From an uncultured Pelagibacteraceae bacterium (GTDB taxonomy: Bacteria > Pseudomonadota > Alphaproteobacteria > Pelagibacterales > AG-422-B15), in the NCBI GenBank assembly GCA_902524795.1, contig CABZEU010000002.1, positions 32,023 to 96,022 on the forward strand: a stretch of DNA of 64,000 bases. Reading direction: 5' to 3'. The position numbers were made by a program, and so were the translations under genes. Each line of letters starts with the position of its first letter. The first letter of the stretch is position 1. The notes under the pieces were generated by a model. The model made no database searches. It worked only from the letters and a program-made list of their open reading frames with translations, and was not told the origin of the DNA. This document shows, one piece after another, positions 49,300-58,393 of this stretch.

Positions 49300-49806
49300 A
49301 TGTTGGCTTCTTTAATTGTGGGCGCAGGCTGTTTTTGGGGTGTTGAAGCACTTTATGAAGATATGCCAGGGGTATTAAATGCTACGTCAGGCTATGCTGG
49401 TGGATCGCTTGAGAATCCACGTTATGAAGATGTATTAACTGGAGAAACAGGCCATGTAGAAGTCGTTAAGATAGACTATGATTCAAGTGAAGTGACTTTT
49501 GATACACTCATTGATGCCTTTTTCATTATGCACGATCCAACAACACTTAATCGTCAAGGTCCAGATATTGGTGAGCAATACAAATCAATAATTTTTTATA
49601 ATAATGATGAACAAAAAAATATTATAACAAATAAAATTAAACTTATTGACGGAATGGATATACATGAAAACCCTGTAGTCACTGAAATAAGAGAGGCTGC
49701 TAAATTCTATCCTGCTGAAGACTATCACCAAGATTATGCCACGAAGACAGGGAAGTTATGTTATCAACAAATGTATGTAAGATACAACTACACTCCCATT
49801 CCCTAA
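49300..49806 (+). CDS. msrA: peptide-methionine (S)-S-oxide reductase
   Basis: 168 aa with GAGCFWGVE catalytic motif, GHVEVVKIDYD and EDYHQDY. Confidence 0.92.
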   Translation: MLASLIVGAGCFWGVEALYEDMPGVLNATSGYAGGSLENPRYEDVLTGETGHVEVVKIDYDSSEVTFDTLIDAFFIMHDPTTLNRQGPDIGEQYKSIIFYNNDEQKNIITNKIKLIDGMDIHENPVVTEIREAAKFYPAEDYHQDYATKTGKLCYQQMYVRYNYTPIP

Positions 49807-49911
49807 ATAGACTTAATATAAAGTTATATATTTTGGTAGTTTTTTATTTTCTAAGTTTCATAAAATCTTAATAAAAGTAAATTTTAATAACCTATTTTAA
49901 GGAGAATTTTT

Positions 49912-50553
49912 ATGGCAATAGCGAGAAGTCAAATTTCGACAGCAATACCCGGTAAGGAAATGGAATTTATTTCCCTTTCAAAAGAAGGTATTAAATTAAT
50001 GAATGATAAGGGTATCCCAACTGGAGTAAGAGTTAGTCACTCGGGCACTCAAGATATTGAGGTTTATACAGTATCAATGTTTGATAATTTTTCAGATTAT
50101 GGTGCAGCACAAGACAAACTGATCAGTGATCCTGATTTACAGGCATGGTATGCAAAAACTGTAGCATCAGGTTCTGGACGAATTATTGATACAATGGAAA
50201 TGGTTGAGATGAAAGGTTTTGAGAAGGGAGCAGGATTAATTGGCAATGTAACTGTTATTGTTATGTATAAATTAATCCAAGATCAAGGTAATATGGCTAA
50301 ATTTATTCAGTCGTGTCAGACTGCAAAAGAATTTCAAGAAAAACATGGAGCCCAAGTCAGGTTGTGGCAAGTTAATGCTAGCCAACGCTATCCTGGTATG
50401 ATGGCTTATACAATGGGCTTTGAAAACTTTAATGATATGGGTAAAGCATTTGATGGCTGGAAAGAAGAGAATGAAAAATTTTATTTCAAGCAACCAGTTA
50501 CTGCTACAATGGAGCAACAAATTATAATGCGTTCCTCAACCATGATTGGATAG
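49912..50553 (+). CDS. hypothetical cytosolic protein built from two alpha+beta-barrel-like repeats
   Basis: 213 aa. Repeat motifs ...VSMFDNFSDYGAAQDKLISDPDLQAWY... and ...YTMGFENFNDMGKAFDGW.... AAGGAG at 49899..49904. Distant paralog of 53815..54519. Confidence 0.55.
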   Translation: MAIARSQISTAIPGKEMEFISLSKEGIKLMNDKGIPTGVRVSHSGTQDIEVYTVSMFDNFSDYGAAQDKLISDPDLQAWYAKTVASGSGRIIDTMEMVEMKGFEKGAGLIGNVTVIVMYKLIQDQGNMAKFIQSCQTAKEFQEKHGAQVRLWQVNASQRYPGMMAYTMGFENFNDMGKAFDGWKEENEKFYFKQPVTATMEQQIIMRSSTMIG

Positions 50554-50554
50554 T

Positions 50555-51445
50555 CTACTTCTTGCCAAAATTCGGCAATTGAGGGTTAATTACTGTTGGA
50601 GTAACGTACCTGCTTTTTGCAATGTCCAAACAATTAGGATTTTTATGATTATAGTAGTTTGTACTTTTATAATCTAGGTGTTTTGCTTTATCGTAAGTTA
50701 CATTACTTTGTACACTATACATAATGTCGCCGGGAATAGATATATGGCCACCAATTCCATCATTAATTGTTCCTTCATTTTTAAAAACTAAATGATCTTC
50801 TGCACACTGTGGGACAGCTCCTAATACGTGCAAAATTTCATGAAGAGCTGCTTTTGCTGTTTCATTAAATTCAGGTTTAAAACCTCCGTTATTATCAATA
50901 CAAGAACCACTTCTTTTACCGGGATAATAAAGGGCTGCAGTATTCGCAATTATTCCCTCAGTTGCATAACTAGGCAGTTGTGATGAAGCACAGACATCTC
51001 TGTTAGATCCACCGTAAATAATGAAATAAACTTTTTTTGGATCATTAAAACCATGAGAGCTTATAGCTGGCTGAAGTACATTTACAGCTTGAATACCTTC
51101 TTTTGAAATTTCGTTATCTTCTTTTTTAAGTCTTAAAAAAGTAATATCTATCTTACCGTCCTCTTTACGATCAAATTTTAAATTCTGTCCATCAACATAT
51201 AATCTATCTTTTGTTTTTGAATTAAACCAATTATCAATTTGATAAAGCAACATGCTTATTTTGCTGTTTAGATCATACTCTTTATCCACACCATCTATTG
51301 GTATGACATACATTACGTGGATATTATAACCATCATCAATGTCTGCTAAATCAACAAAGCTTCTTCCTACCTTTTCATCTGATGAATACACATTTGATGT
51401 AAGAAAAAACAAGACAATAATTGAATATTTTATAAATATCTTCAT
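50555..51445 (-). CDS. hypothetical secreted protein with HExxH zinc-metallopeptidase-like motif
   Basis: 296 aa with a signal peptide (IIVLFFLTSNVYS), HEILHVLGA...EDH and several Cys. Confidence 0.45.
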   Translation of the reverse strand: MKIFIKYSIIVLFFLTSNVYSSDEKVGRSFVDLADIDDGYNIHVMYVIPIDGVDKEYDLNSKISMLLYQIDNWFNSKTKDRLYVDGQNLKFDRKEDGKIDITFLRLKKEDNEISKEGIQAVNVLQPAISSHGFNDPKKVYFIIYGGSNRDVCASSQLPSYATEGIIANTAALYYPGKRSGSCIDNNGGFKPEFNETAKAALHEILHVLGAVPQCAEDHLVFKNEGTINDGIGGHISIPGDIMYSVQSNVTYDKAKHLDYKSTNYYNHKNPNCLDIAKSRYVTPTVINPQLPNFGKK

Positions 51446-51477
51446 TTAATTAAATCTGTTAACCTAATTTATATAAA

Positions 51478-52548
51478 ATGAAAAAGTTAATTGTTAATCC
51501 TTTTTTTCAAAAAGGTTTTCCCACAGAAAATGGGAAAGATCCAGTTAGTACAGATGTAGAAGCAGTGAGAAAATTATTGGCTATGTGCCCGGTTGCTGCT
51601 GAAACACCTCTAGTTACTTCAGATTCTTTGGCAAAAAATTTAGGAATTAATAAACTCTGGCTAAAAGATGAAAGAAATCGGATGGGCCTAGGAAGTTTCA
51701 AGGCTTTAGGGGCTACTTTTGTTATTGCATCTCACGCAGCCAATAAAGTTGCAAAGGAAAGAACAGATGATGACTGGAAAAAAAGTTTATCTGGAGAAAC
51801 GTATGTATCGGCTAGCGCAGGTAACCACGGATTATCTCTAGCTGCGGGTGCACGAATATTTGGCGCTAAGGCAGTTATTTACCTCTCGAAAAATGTTCCT
51901 TCTACATTTGCTGATAGAATTCGAAGTTACGGAGCTGACGTTGTCATTCATGGCGATGATTATGAAGAAAGTCTGCAGGGAGCGCAAAGTGCAGCTGAAG
52001 AAAATAATTGGTTTCTTTTATCTGATGTGACTTGGGATGGCTATGATTATGGTCTACAAGTTATGCAGGGATATCTAGTTTTAGCAGCAGAGGCATATGA
52101 CAGATGTTTAGAAATACCTACACATATATTTTTACAGGCAGGCGTTGGTGGCTTTCCAGCATCCATGGCAACTTTAGCGCGCAAATACTTTGGAGAAAAA
52201 CCAAAAATAGTTATTGTTGAACCAACAAAGGCTCCAGTATTACAAGAGTCAATAAATTCAGGAAAAGCGACTACTGTAACGGGAGGTGTTTCTAATATGG
52301 GAAGGCTTGACTGTAAAAGTCCTTCATTAAAAGCTCTTTCCTCATTAGCTATAACCTGTACTCATTTTATAACAATTGAAGATGAAGATGCAGAAAACTC
52401 ACTTAGCGATTTAGATGAAATTGATTTAACAACAACGCCGTCAGGAGGCGCTGGATATGCGGCGATTGCAGAAGCTCAAAAATATAGTGAATGTGGGATT
52501 GATAAAGACAGCAAAATATTAGTTTTTTTGACTGAAAAGCAAGATTAA
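51478..52548 (+). CDS. PLP-dependent diaminopropionate ammonia-lyase-like enzyme
   Basis: 356 aa. LKDERNRMGLGSFKALGA (PLP-Lys context) and SAGNHG resemble DAP ammonia-lyase / Trp-synthase-beta-fold enzymes. Confidence 0.6.
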   Translation: MKKLIVNPFFQKGFPTENGKDPVSTDVEAVRKLLAMCPVAAETPLVTSDSLAKNLGINKLWLKDERNRMGLGSFKALGATFVIASHAANKVAKERTDDDWKKSLSGETYVSASAGNHGLSLAAGARIFGAKAVIYLSKNVPSTFADRIRSYGADVVIHGDDYEESLQGAQSAAEENNWFLLSDVTWDGYDYGLQVMQGYLVLAAEAYDRCLEIPTHIFLQAGVGGFPASMATLARKYFGEKPKIVIVEPTKAPVLQESINSGKATTVTGGVSNMGRLDCKSPSLKALSSLAITCTHFITIEDEDAENSLSDLDEIDLTTTPSGGAGYAAIAEAQKYSECGIDKDSKILVFLTEKQD

Positions 52549-52592
52549 TTTTTATTATTGATAAAATCCTAAAGTCATTATTTAATTTCCGC

Positions 52593-53777
52593 ATGATTAC
52601 AAAAAGTCTTCTTGGGAATATTATCAAGGTTGGCAACTTAACCTGGATCAGCTCTAATGGTGAATTAAATACTTATGGTGATGGCTCAGGAGAGCCAATA
52701 CGTATCCGCACAACAAATAGTTTTTCTGAACTAAAACTTCTTATGAACCCCTCTGTTCATTTTGGCGAAAGTTATATGAATGGCTCCCTAATTGTTGAAG
52801 AGGGTCGAATACATGATTTTCTAAAACTTATTTTCTTGAATACTTCTAGTGAGATTGATCATTGGGTCATGAAATTATCTAAAATCGTAAGAATGATACA
52901 AAACAAAATCAGAACGAGTAACTATATTTCAAAGTCGAAACATAATGTCGCTCATCATTATGACTTATCAGATAAATTGTATGAATTATTTTTAGATCCA
53001 GATAGACAGTATTCTTGCGCATATTTTAATTCACCAAATGATACTTTGGAGCAAGCGCAAATTAATAAAAAGGAATTGATATCAAAAAAATTACTCTTAG
53101 AAGAAGGGCAATCAGTGTTAGACATCGGATGTGGATGGGGCGGTATGGCTTCGCATATTTATAAAAAATCCAATGCCAATGTAGTGGGGGTTACTCTATC
53201 AGAAGAGCAAATTGCATATGCTAAGCAAAGAAAAATTGATGAAAAGCTTGATAAAGTTGAATACAGATTGCAAGACTATAGAAATGTAAATGAAACTTAT
53301 GATCGTATCGTATCAGTTGGAATGTTTGAGCATGTAGGAACATCTCATTATCAAGAGTTTTTCAATAAAGTTCATGATTTACTTAATGATACTGGCGTAG
53401 CCTTAATTCATACGATTGGAAGACTCACAGAGCCTACAAATAACGATCCTTGGATTGAAAAATATATATTTCCAGGTGGATATATTCCTGCATTAAGCGA
53501 AACAATGTCTCGTGTAGAAAAATCTGGATTATCATTAACTGATGTTCAAGTATTGAGATTTCATTACGCAGAAACGCTCAAGCGATGGCGTTACAATTTC
53601 TATGATAATATTGATAAAGTTAAAGAACTGTATGACGAAAAATTTTGTCGAATGTGGGACTTCTACTTGTCATGTTCCCAAGCTTCGTTTGAAGAGGCCG
53701 GACTTGTTGTTTTTCAACTACAGCTATCTAAAAACAAAAAAACAGTTCCTGACTCAAGAAATTATATGTTCACTTAG
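52593..53777 (+). CDS. cfa: cyclopropane-fatty-acyl-phospholipid synthase family methyltransferase
   Basis: 394 aa with YSCAYF...LEQAQ, VLDIGCGWGG, VSVGMFEHVG and IFPGGYIPAL motifs. Confidence 0.82.
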   Translation: MITKSLLGNIIKVGNLTWISSNGELNTYGDGSGEPIRIRTTNSFSELKLLMNPSVHFGESYMNGSLIVEEGRIHDFLKLIFLNTSSEIDHWVMKLSKIVRMIQNKIRTSNYISKSKHNVAHHYDLSDKLYELFLDPDRQYSCAYFNSPNDTLEQAQINKKELISKKLLLEEGQSVLDIGCGWGGMASHIYKKSNANVVGVTLSEEQIAYAKQRKIDEKLDKVEYRLQDYRNVNETYDRIVSVGMFEHVGTSHYQEFFNKVHDLLNDTGVALIHTIGRLTEPTNNDPWIEKYIFPGGYIPALSETMSRVEKSGLSLTDVQVLRFHYAETLKRWRYNFYDNIDKVKELYDEKFCRMWDFYLSCSQASFEEAGLVVFQLQLSKNKKTVPDSRNYMFT

Positions 53778-53814
53778 TTGTCCCATTCATCATGAGACAA
53801 CTAAGATTATTTTA

Positions 53815-54519
53815 TTAATTGTGAAAAGCTAAAATACCAGCGTCGGTTATATTTATATGTGGCGCTATATTTGCAAATACCCATCTTTGAATATCATTTG
53901 ATGAGAATATGTCCATTGCTTCACCCATGTCTTCCATATTTCCAGCAGCAAAATAGATCATTGCATTTGCAGGCAAGACAGACTCACCGCACGTAGCGCA
54001 ATTTAAACTATCTACCTGAACTCTTGCCCCAGCACTTTGCATAATTTCCTGAAATTTAGGCATATTCAATAAAAAATTTATACCACTAGTTACTTCAACA
54101 AAAGCATATGCAACTGTTTGTCCTGCACCACCCATTTCAGGCATTGGACTATCGTTAGCCATAATCGCATTATTACTTGAAGCATCTTGATTTACCTCGC
54201 CATAGGTACTTGCAAACCAATCTGGATTTGCAGCAGCTAGAACTTGATCGCTCATTAGATCGCTGAAATTTTCATAATATATTTGAACAAAAGTAGTATC
54301 TTGAGGATTATCACCTCTCATCTTAGATGACGATCTTATATTAGCCATCTTAGCACCACCAGCTAGAGCTTTTTCCTTATATTCAGCGGTAGCAGCAGCT
54401 AATTCTTGTGAATCCATACCCTCAATTGTCCATACATCCATGACCCATGCTTTTGAGCTTGAAATTGTGAATGCTAATAATGATATTGAAAGTAAGAATA
54501 TTTTAAAAATATTATTCAT
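53815..54519 (-). CDS. hypothetical exported protein built from two alpha+beta-barrel-like repeats, with CxxC
   Basis: 234 aa with a signal peptide (LLSISLLAFTISSSKA). ...QIYYENFSDLMSDQVLAAANPDWF... and ...FAAGNMEDMGEAMDIF... parallel 49912..50553. NCATCG motif. AGGAG at 54526..54530 on the minus strand. Confidence 0.55.
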   Translation of the reverse strand: MNNIFKIFLLSISLLAFTISSSKAWVMDVWTIEGMDSQELAAATAEYKEKALAGGAKMANIRSSSKMRGDNPQDTTFVQIYYENFSDLMSDQVLAAANPDWFASTYGEVNQDASSNNAIMANDSPMPEMGGAGQTVAYAFVEVTSGINFLLNMPKFQEIMQSAGARVQVDSLNCATCGESVLPANAMIYFAAGNMEDMGEAMDIFSSNDIQRWVFANIAPHINITDAGILAFHN

Positions 54520-54688
54520 ACTAATCTCCTAATTTAAAAGAAAAATTCTAATTCATACAGAATTCATAACTATGATAGATATTAGTAGTAATCTTTAACT
54601 AGAATTTAAGATATTACTCCTAAATAATTGTAATTATTATTTATTTTTTTAATTGTGAAATTTATGCTAAAGCTTTTATATATTAAAT

Positions 54689-55636
54689 ATGACTAAAGTA
54701 ACGACACCGCAAATAAAACCTCAAGAAATTCTTGAAGATCATGAAATTTCACATCTTCGAGAAAAGTCAGATTTCAAGGGCATTAGCATGTTGGTTCATG
54801 CATGGCTTATAATTTTAGCTTCCTTAACGGTTTATACAATTTTTCCGAATGCAGTTACTTTTCTTTTAGCAGTATTGGTAATTGCAGGCAGACAACTCGG
54901 TCTTGCAATATTAATGCACGAAGGAGCACATGGATTAATAGTTAATAATACAAAGCATAATAATCTTCTATCCCAGTGGATATGCGCTTTCCCAGTTTGG
55001 TCTGATACATATGGATACCGACACTATCACTTAGCTCATCATCGCCACACGCAAACTGCTGATGATCCTGACTTAAGTTTATCAAAGCCTTTTCCAGTAA
55101 ATAGACTGAGTTTTATACGCAAAGTATTAAGAGACATTTCAGGTATAACAGGACTTGTCCAGCGCTATGAATTAATTTTTAAAACTTTATTAACAAACGA
55201 CACAAAAAAAGATGACGGTAAAAAAATTAGTGGATTTCAGTCAAAGAATACACTTTTTGGAATATTTATCTCGAATATAATTATTTTCATATTTTTTAGT
55301 GCAGTTGGTCAGTGGTGGTATTATTTCGCTTTTTGGCTTCTACCTTTGTTAACATTTTTTCAACTTTTTTTACGTATTCGAAACATTGCTGAACATGCTG
55401 GCGTAAAAGAAAATTGTAACGATTTTAATAATGCCAGAACAACGTATGCAAATATTTTAGAAAGGGCATTTGTTGCACCATATTATGTTAATTATCACTT
55501 AGAGCATCACTTACTCATGTTTGTTCCCTGCTATAAACTAAAGGAGGCTCACAAGTTGCTTCTTAAAAAGGGACATAAGAAAGAAATTGAAATAAAAGAC
55601 GGATATATATCTTTACTTAGATCAGTAATAGTTTAA
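54689..55636 (+). CDS. membrane fatty-acid-desaturase-family di-iron oxygenase
   Basis: 315 aa with His boxes HEGAHG, HLAHHRH and HLEHHL, plus TM helices. Confidence 0.82.
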   Translation: MTKVTTPQIKPQEILEDHEISHLREKSDFKGISMLVHAWLIILASLTVYTIFPNAVTFLLAVLVIAGRQLGLAILMHEGAHGLIVNNTKHNNLLSQWICAFPVWSDTYGYRHYHLAHHRHTQTADDPDLSLSKPFPVNRLSFIRKVLRDISGITGLVQRYELIFKTLLTNDTKKDDGKKISGFQSKNTLFGIFISNIIIFIFFSAVGQWWYYFAFWLLPLLTFFQLFLRIRNIAEHAGVKENCNDFNNARTTYANILERAFVAPYYVNYHLEHHLLMFVPCYKLKEAHKLLLKKGHKKEIEIKDGYISLLRSVIV

Positions 55637-55662
55637 CTGTTCATGATTAATTTTTTATATCC

Positions 55663-56133
55663 ATGACATCAGATTTTGATGATACAGCACTGAAAAAAGC
55701 TTTTGGCTCATTTGCAACAGGTGTTGCTGTTGCTACATCGCACTCAAGTGGGTTTACTATAAATTCATTTTCTTCTTTAAGTTTGAGCCCACCATTAATT
55801 ATCTTCAATATCTATAAAACAGAAACTGATCATGTCGACTTTCTAAAAAACAACTCATTTGTCATTAATTTTTTATCGCGTGAACAAGAAGACGTATCGC
55901 GATTATTTGCTACAAAAGATCCAGAAAAGGTTAATAAAACTCAACATTCAATCTCTAAGAATAAAAATATTATTTTGAACGATACTTTAGGATATATCGA
56001 GTTATCTGTTTTTCAACAAATTGATATAGCAGATCATGTGCTGGTTATAGGCCAGGTACAAAATTTAGAGACTGATGACAACAAGAAGCCACTCATTTAT
56101 TACAGAAGTAAGTATCAAAGTCTCAAGGACTAA
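55663..56133 (+). CDS. flavin reductase-like domain protein
   Basis: 156 aa with FGSFATGVAVAT, typical of the flavin reductase / HpaC-like family. Confidence 0.7.
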   Translation: MTSDFDDTALKKAFGSFATGVAVATSHSSGFTINSFSSLSLSPPLIIFNIYKTETDHVDFLKNNSFVINFLSREQEDVSRLFATKDPEKVNKTQHSISKNKNIILNDTLGYIELSVFQQIDIADHVLVIGQVQNLETDDNKKPLIYYRSKYQSLKD

Positions 56134-56144
56134 TAACTCATTAG

Positions 56145-56540
56145 TTAGTATGATGGTGCACCGAAATCATTTTTGTTTTTACTACCTTTAAGGCAGAGAA
56201 AGAAAATTAATGTAATTATTCCAATGAAGGGAACCACAACAATCAACAACCACCAACCTGACCGATTAGTGTCGTGAAGCCTTCGAATATACAGAGCAAT
56301 ACTAGGCAACATAAATAAAAAGTATAAAAAAATATACATAGGCCCCAACATGATGGTCCCTGGAGAATTATTAAGATCTATTCCAAGTATTTGTAATTCA
56401 AACAATTGATCAAATTGTAAACCAATAAAACCAACGACTGTAGTAAATAAATAGAAATACCAAAACTCCGAACGAGTTGCTCTCGTTTTAAAGTCAAAGC
56501 ATTTCACAAATGCATTATTAATTGATTTTATAAAGCTCAT
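56145..56540 (-). CDS. DUF805 inner membrane protein
   Basis: 131 aa with RATRSEFWYFYLF and RRLHDTNRSGWW motifs. Confidence 0.75.
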   Translation of the reverse strand: MSFIKSINNAFVKCFDFKTRATRSEFWYFYLFTTVVGFIGLQFDQLFELQILGIDLNNSPGTIMLGPMYIFLYFLFMLPSIALYIRRLHDTNRSGWWLLIVVVPFIGIITLIFFLCLKGSKNKNDFGAPSY

Positions 56541-56603
56541 AATTAGTATTAGAATATTAATTTAATTAACTTATTATTACAAAAAAATATATAATCTTAA
56601 GAT

Positions 56604-58391
56604 ATGTCTAAGCAACTTAGAATTGGTGGAGCAAGCGGTTTTTGGGGCGACTCTGTAGTAGCAACTCCTCAATTACTAAATGGAAATAATCTTGATTTTA
56701 TTGTTTACGACTATCTTGCTGAAATAACTATGTCCATCATGGCACGAGCCAGGGCAAAAGATCCCTCAAAAGGCTATGCCATTGATTTTGTTTCAAGCGT
56801 ATTGAAACTGAATCTGAGACAAATTGCAGATCAGAAAGTAAAAATACTTAGTAATGCAGGTGGCGTTAATCCTCAAGCATGTGCTGAAGCTATTCGAGCG
56901 CTGATAAAAGAACTAAATTTAGATTTAAAAGTTGCAGTTGTATTGGGTGATGACTTACTTGAAGATAAAGATAAATTTTTAGATAGTGGCGTTCAAGAAA
57001 TGTACTCTGATGAAAGATTTCCAGAGGTAGATAAGATTGCAAGCATCAACGCATATTTAGGAGCATTCCCAATTGCACAAGCACTCAATGATGGTGCGGA
57101 TATAGTGATCACAGGAAGAAGTGTGGATAGCGCGGTAACTCTGGCTGCATGCATCCACACATACGGATGGAAAGAAGATGAATATGATAAACTGGCCTCT
57201 GGGAGTTTAGCGGGGCATATAATTGAGTGTGGCACACAAAGTACTGGTGGTAATTTTACAGATTGGGAACTTGTTTCAAAGAATCTACACATGATTGGTT
57301 ATCCCATTGTTGATATATCTGAAAATGGAGAATTCATTTGTACAAAATCAAATAATACATCGGGATTAGTAAGTTTTGGAACTGTCGCAGAGCAAATGTT
57401 ATATGAAATTGGTGATCCTCAAGCATACATACTTCCAGATGTGGTCTGTGATTTCTCAAACGTTATTATATCTGAAATTGAAAAAGATATGGTTAAGGTT
57501 TCGGGTGCAAAAGGATATCCTGCACCTCAACAATATAAAGTATGTGCAACATATGCCGATGGCTTTAGAGCAGGCCATGTCTGTTCATTTGTAGGTATTG
57601 ATGCAGCAAAAAAGGCAAGAACTTACGGAGAAGCAATATTTGAAAGAGCAAAAATGATTATGCGAATGATGAATATTCCTGACTTTGATGAAACCAGCAT
57701 TGAAATTATTGGTGATAACAGCCAATATAGCAATAAAGGTCAAAATGCAGATAATAGAGAAGTTGTTTTAAAGTTTGCAGCCAAACATCAAGACATCAGA
57801 GCTGTAGGTTTAGTATTGAAAGAGTCAGTAGGGTTAGGACTAGCTACACCTCCAGGCTTATCAGGCTTTGTTGGTGGTAGGCCCAAGCCATCACCAATTA
57901 TAAGATTGTTTTCTTTCATGGTTAACAAAGAAGATGTAAAGGTTTCTATAGATTTAGAAAATTCAAATAAAGAATTTTTAGCTCATCAACCTAAAGAATT
58001 TAATATGTCTGAAATAGAAAAACCTGAAACTCCAACATTTGAAGCAAAAGATGAAAAATTTATTGATGTTCCTCTAATTAAAATTGCATATGGACGAAGT
58101 GGAGATAAAGGAAACAAGGCGAATATAGGAATTATTTCAAGAGATCCTAAGTTTTACCCTGCAATATGCAATTATTTAACTGAAGATGTAGTTATGAATT
58201 GTTTTAAGAACTTTTTAGAAGGATCGGTTGAAAAGTATTTATTACCTGGATCCAATTCCATTAATTTTATGCTCAATGATGTTCTTGGTGGCGGTGGGCC
58301 TGCTAGTTTAAGAAATGACCCTCAAGGAAAAGCATATGCACAAATACTACTAGACCAAATAATTCCTATACCTAAAAGATTGATGGATTGA
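56604..58391 (+). CDS. AtuA-like (DUF1446) protein with fused C-terminal extension
   Basis: 595 aa. LRIGGASGFWGDS, ITGRSVDSA and GHIIECGTQSTGGNF resemble acyclic-terpene-utilisation AtuA/DUF1446. Confidence 0.6.
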   Translation: MSKQLRIGGASGFWGDSVVATPQLLNGNNLDFIVYDYLAEITMSIMARARAKDPSKGYAIDFVSSVLKLNLRQIADQKVKILSNAGGVNPQACAEAIRALIKELNLDLKVAVVLGDDLLEDKDKFLDSGVQEMYSDERFPEVDKIASINAYLGAFPIAQALNDGADIVITGRSVDSAVTLAACIHTYGWKEDEYDKLASGSLAGHIIECGTQSTGGNFTDWELVSKNLHMIGYPIVDISENGEFICTKSNNTSGLVSFGTVAEQMLYEIGDPQAYILPDVVCDFSNVIISEIEKDMVKVSGAKGYPAPQQYKVCATYADGFRAGHVCSFVGIDAAKKARTYGEAIFERAKMIMRMMNIPDFDETSIEIIGDNSQYSNKGQNADNREVVLKFAAKHQDIRAVGLVLKESVGLGLATPPGLSGFVGGRPKPSPIIRLFSFMVNKEDVKVSIDLENSNKEFLAHQPKEFNMSEIEKPETPTFEAKDEKFIDVPLIKIAYGRSGDKGNKANIGIISRDPKFYPAICNYLTEDVVMNCFKNFLEGSVEKYLLPGSNSINFMLNDVLGGGGPASLRNDPQGKAYAQILLDQIIPIPKRLMD

Positions 58392-58393
58392 CA

